A stretch of 63,952 bases of DNA, counting the filler, from Dimargaris cristalligena (taxonomy: Eukaryota): assembly GCA_003614675.1 (NCBI GenBank). It is 4 parts of 4 records of this genome, joined end to end, with 100 filler letters (N's around TTAATTAATTAA, not from the genome) between each part and the next. Parts side by side here need not be neighbours in the genome. Positions count along the whole stretch, not along the records: positions 49,381 to 63,952 come from ML002945.1; 3 more parts are not named here. One strand, given 5' to 3'. Below are positions 60,352 through 63,952 of this stretch, in pieces. The position numbers and the translations under genes were made by a program. The stretch's first letter is position 1; each line of letters begins with the position of its first letter. The notes beneath the pieces were generated by a model. That model ran no database searches and had not been told where the DNA came from. It worked only from the letters and a program-made list of their open reading frames with translations.

Positions 60352-62819
60352 ATGTCGTACGATGCCGGCTCCAACTCCCGCCGCGATGGCCCCCACATGG
60401 ACGAAGACTACCGCCAAACCTCTCGTGAACGGTACCAGCGCGACCGCCGTAGCCGAAGTCCCGAGGGTCGAGGTAAAATTATTGACAATGGGTTTGTCGG
60501 AGACGATCCCAATACATACCTCTTATTAAATCCCCTTATTTGATAGCGTCGTTCATGAGATGACCTTCGTTGTTGGTTCCCCAGGCTGCACCACACTTTT
60601 GGCACCTCTCCTTTTGTATCAATACTAACCTTGGCCAACATCCGTTCTGATATTTACTTGTTTCCTTAGGCTATTCATCACGCCCCAATTCCCGTTCCCC
60701 TCGCCGCCCGGTGGTAAATGACGGCGATCACTATGTGCCCAACTACGATCGGGAGGGCTACGCACCTGCCCCGCGTTACAACGATCGGCCCTCCGGCGGT
60801 GCCGATCGTTACAATTCGGATAGCCGTCGAGATCAGGGTGGCCGACCTGACCTGGATAATCCCAATGAGTTCAACGGCATGGAAGCCTACGGCCCCATGG
60901 GCCAACGCCCCCACTCCTCCCGGGGCGGCATGGTCGACCCCGAAAAACTGGACTATATGGTGACCCTCAAGTACTTCACCGACTACTATCGGTCGAAGGC
61001 TAGCGGCTCTAAGCACTATAGTTCCGACGAAATCGATGAAAGGTACCAGGAATACAAGCAGAATTTCCGTGGTCGCCAACACACAGCCTTCTTCACTGCT
61101 CACCAAGAAGATGATTGGTTCCGGGAGAAGTACCATCCCAAGGCTCGGGCTGCCCGACTCCATCATCTGAGCATGGCCAAGGTGCCCCGTTACGAGCACT
61201 TTGTCCGTCAATTGGAAGCCGGTGCATTCGATAATGTCAGCATGGACGAGCCACCGAAGGGCGATGGCGAAACCGCCGAACCTGTTCAGAACAATCCCGA
61301 CCATGAAACCCACACCCTGTTTATCAAGACCATCCCACCTAGTATCGGTCGCCAGCGCCTTGAGGAATTCTGCTCCACTGTACCTGGGTTCCAGTACCTG
61401 GCCCTCACGGAGGCTAACCCCACTAAGAAGTTCCACCGTTTTGGCTGGGTGAAATTTTCCCCCAACACCGATATGGATACCGCCCATCAACAGTTGGACC
61501 GGGCCAAGATTGATGAATTCCAGTTTCATTTCAACCACCACCAGCCCAGTAGCACTCAGCAGACCCGATTGGCGTCCGATATCTGTAACACCCCGGAGCG
61601 ACTCACCAAGGACTTGGCAACTAGCAAAGCCTTGATTGAGACCCTCGATGCGGAAGTGAACGGAGCTCTCGCTGAGGATGTTGTCCCTCGATTTGAGGGA
61701 GAACGCCTACTTGAAGTGCGGGAGGCCTCCCTGCTAATTGCTCGCGGGGAGAACCCCGAGGGCGGTGAAGCTGACGATGCCTCAGTTCCTCGCTTGAAGC
61801 TGCAGCTCGATATACGACTCGCTTATTTACGGGCGATCCACTACTTTTGCTACTACTGTGGGTCCGAATGCGAGAGCGCCGAAGACTTTGCGCGCAAGTG
61901 CGGGGCCCATCATTACCGGCGTCAGCCTCAAGGTGCCGTCCACAAGAGCCAGAGCACCACCAACTGGCTGGCTGGACTGGATGAGCGGTTGGCTATGCGC
62001 ACCGATCCCTCCACCGGCGCCGAGCTTGAACGAATGGGCGGCAAGAGCCTAGACAAAGAGCTAGAGGCCATGTCGCTGAAGCACATTGAAAAAGTCGAAG
62101 AGGGCAAGTATCGCTGCGCCCTCTGCAGCAAGCTTTTCAAGGGCGAGGCTTTCGTCGTTAAGCACATCCGCAACAAGCACCCAGACGCCATTCAAGTAGG
62201 CGATTTGGAAGAGAACACGGCATTCTTCAACAACTATGTTCGAGATTCCCGACGTTACCAGACCCCAGCCACGGGTATGCTCCCCGGCCAACTACCGGGT
62301 GCTATGGGCTACGGCTTCAGTAACCCCATGATGGGAGGCATGATGAACCCGGCCATGATGATGAATATGGGTATGGGGATGGGCATTAATCAGCGCATTG
62401 GTGGGCCAATGATGAACAACGGTAACGGGTATCCCGGCCGGGGTGGACCGGTCCAGAATCCCATGTTCATGGGTAATGCCTTTGCCATGGGGGGCATGAA
62501 CCCCGCGATGCTCATGGGAATGGGCATGGGTATGGGAATGGGAATGGGGGGCCCCAACGGAGGTATGATGGGTGGTGGTGGCAACTGGGCCAACGGCGGT
62601 GGTCCCAACCGGGGCTACGGTGGTGGTCAGGTGCGGCCGCCAGGCGGAAATAACGCCATGGGTGGCCGACCAGGAAGCAGTGCCAACTTAGGTGGCAACG
62701 GTGCCCCTGGTCGCGGAATGCCACCGGGTATGCGGGCTGATCCCCGTCAGATGCGATCTTACGTGGATTTGGATGCCCCGGCCGAAGGTGATATGGGTGC
62801 GGACAATAATTTCCTCTAA
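60352..62819 (+). CDS. ARS2: ARS2/SERRATE RNA-processing factor (cap-binding complex partner), 2 coding exons
   Basis: Exon 1 60352-60472, intron to 60669. Motifs YQEYK...FFTAHQEDDWFREKYHP, RRM-like TLFIKTIPP...FHRFGWVKF, LAYLRAIHYFCYYCG, C2H2 YRCALCSKLFKGEAFVVKHIRNKH and C-terminal DPRQMRSYVDLDAP. Confidence 0.93.
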
Positions 62820-63952
62820 ACATTGCCCTATATGGTTTATTCTGCTCATATCCGTTTGTTTATTTAATTAGCCTCCTCTGTCCGTTCATACACCTGCCTA
62901 CTATACCCCCCCCCTTTCCTTCACCACTACTAGATTCGATAACCCCCTTTTCCTATTGTTCATCTTGACCTTTTTCGTCCTGCTCTTATTGGCCTCCCTC
63001 GTTGCTGTGTTGTGATAAAACTTAGAATGTCCCTCTATTTGTACACGTTTCGCTGATTTATTCTCTTGACCTTATCATGTTGTCTTAATAAATCACCGTC
63101 AATAAAACTGGTATTAGCCTCTTATACACCCATCTCCAAAGAGTACCACGGTTTTGTTAGATTCGATACCACTGCGTTACAAATAATCTGCCTGTCTGTC
63201 CAAGCAGTTCCGGTTAACCATAAGGGTGCAATTCAGCGCAGCTGGGAAATATTTTTATATGAAATATTCAAAAGATTAAGTAGGCTGTATATTTTTAAAC
63301 GGTAAAACATACTTATTTAATCATATATTCATTACACGACTAGGCCGAATCTTTCCCACAAATGATACCCGCTTCATTTGGTCTGAAATGTCAATGATTC
63401 CTAGTGGTTTTACGATCATTGCCAAATTAGCTGTCAATTTGGTTGGATCAGACATTCACTGGTTTTGCTCGTGATTTCCCTAAGTCATATTATCCAGCAA
63501 TTATAGAGAAACAGGCCAGCTGGCTTTTTGTTAACACGCTGGATCAGCAGTGCTGACAAGTATATAAAACCCGATTACACAAGTTGAACCACGAGACATT
63601 TGCTATACGCAACTGAAATACCATGTCATTTTGACTGTGCCCGGCCATGCGTACTCTAAGTGCACCCCTAATCTGGTTGAAATTATCGATAATCCATCAA
63701 TTTATACCTTAGCAATACTTTAATTACACCATAACACTCTATCCTCAATGCCTCGATATCTCATTCAGATTATCCAATATTGGTATAAAAAATCATAGTG
63801 TGCTGTATTGACAGTTTCTATGTATACATATATGTAAAGCAGCACAACTTATATTAAGAAAATGGTATGAGCGCAGAAAAATAACATCCTTCGAAGGAGA
63901 ACCAATGGGGGCAACCGTATATATCAACATCCTTCAGGATGAACAATAGGAA

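Noticed and set aside
54623..62819. PWI/SRRM1-UBC9-ARS2 as a functional RNA-processing cluster
   Set aside because: These are three ordinary nuclear housekeeping genes. The sequence alone gives no evidence of conserved synteny or co-regulation.

Overview
Eukaryotic (fungal) genomic DNA with GT-AG spliceosomal introns. It probably comes from an early-diverging fungus (Zoopagomycota/Mucoromycota-like; this is an inference from gene structure and LINE type). The window is not one locus. It holds four ~16-kb contigs joined by artificial N44-TTAATTAATTAA-N44 linkers (16401-16500, 32891-32990, 49281-49380), so gene adjacency across linkers is meaningless. Recognisable genes are a SMYD-like C-terminus, PHO88/SND3, a NUDT19-like peroxisomal Nudix hydrolase, a DASS (CitT/DiT-type) transporter, RAD52, a NIPA Mg2+ transporter, an alpha-arrestin, threonine synthase, RRS1, an SRRM1-like PWI protein, UBC9 and ARS2/SERRATE. 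Several orphan ORFs are also present. Four observations stand out. (1) A 74-aa prepropeptide (42365-42589) has a signal peptide, two dibasic Kex2-type sites and a 31-aa cationic, Pro-kinked amphipathic C-terminal peptide, making it a candidate membrane-lytic/antimicrobial peptide toxin. (2) Five copies of a 136-bp MITE family have GGG...CCC termini and 4-bp ATAT/ATGT target-site duplications. (3) A LINE ORF1 relic and LTR-like repeats show strong CpG loss with CGA->TGA stops, implying repeat-targeted 5mC. (4) A 65-aa Tyr-rich acidic microprotein gene is present.
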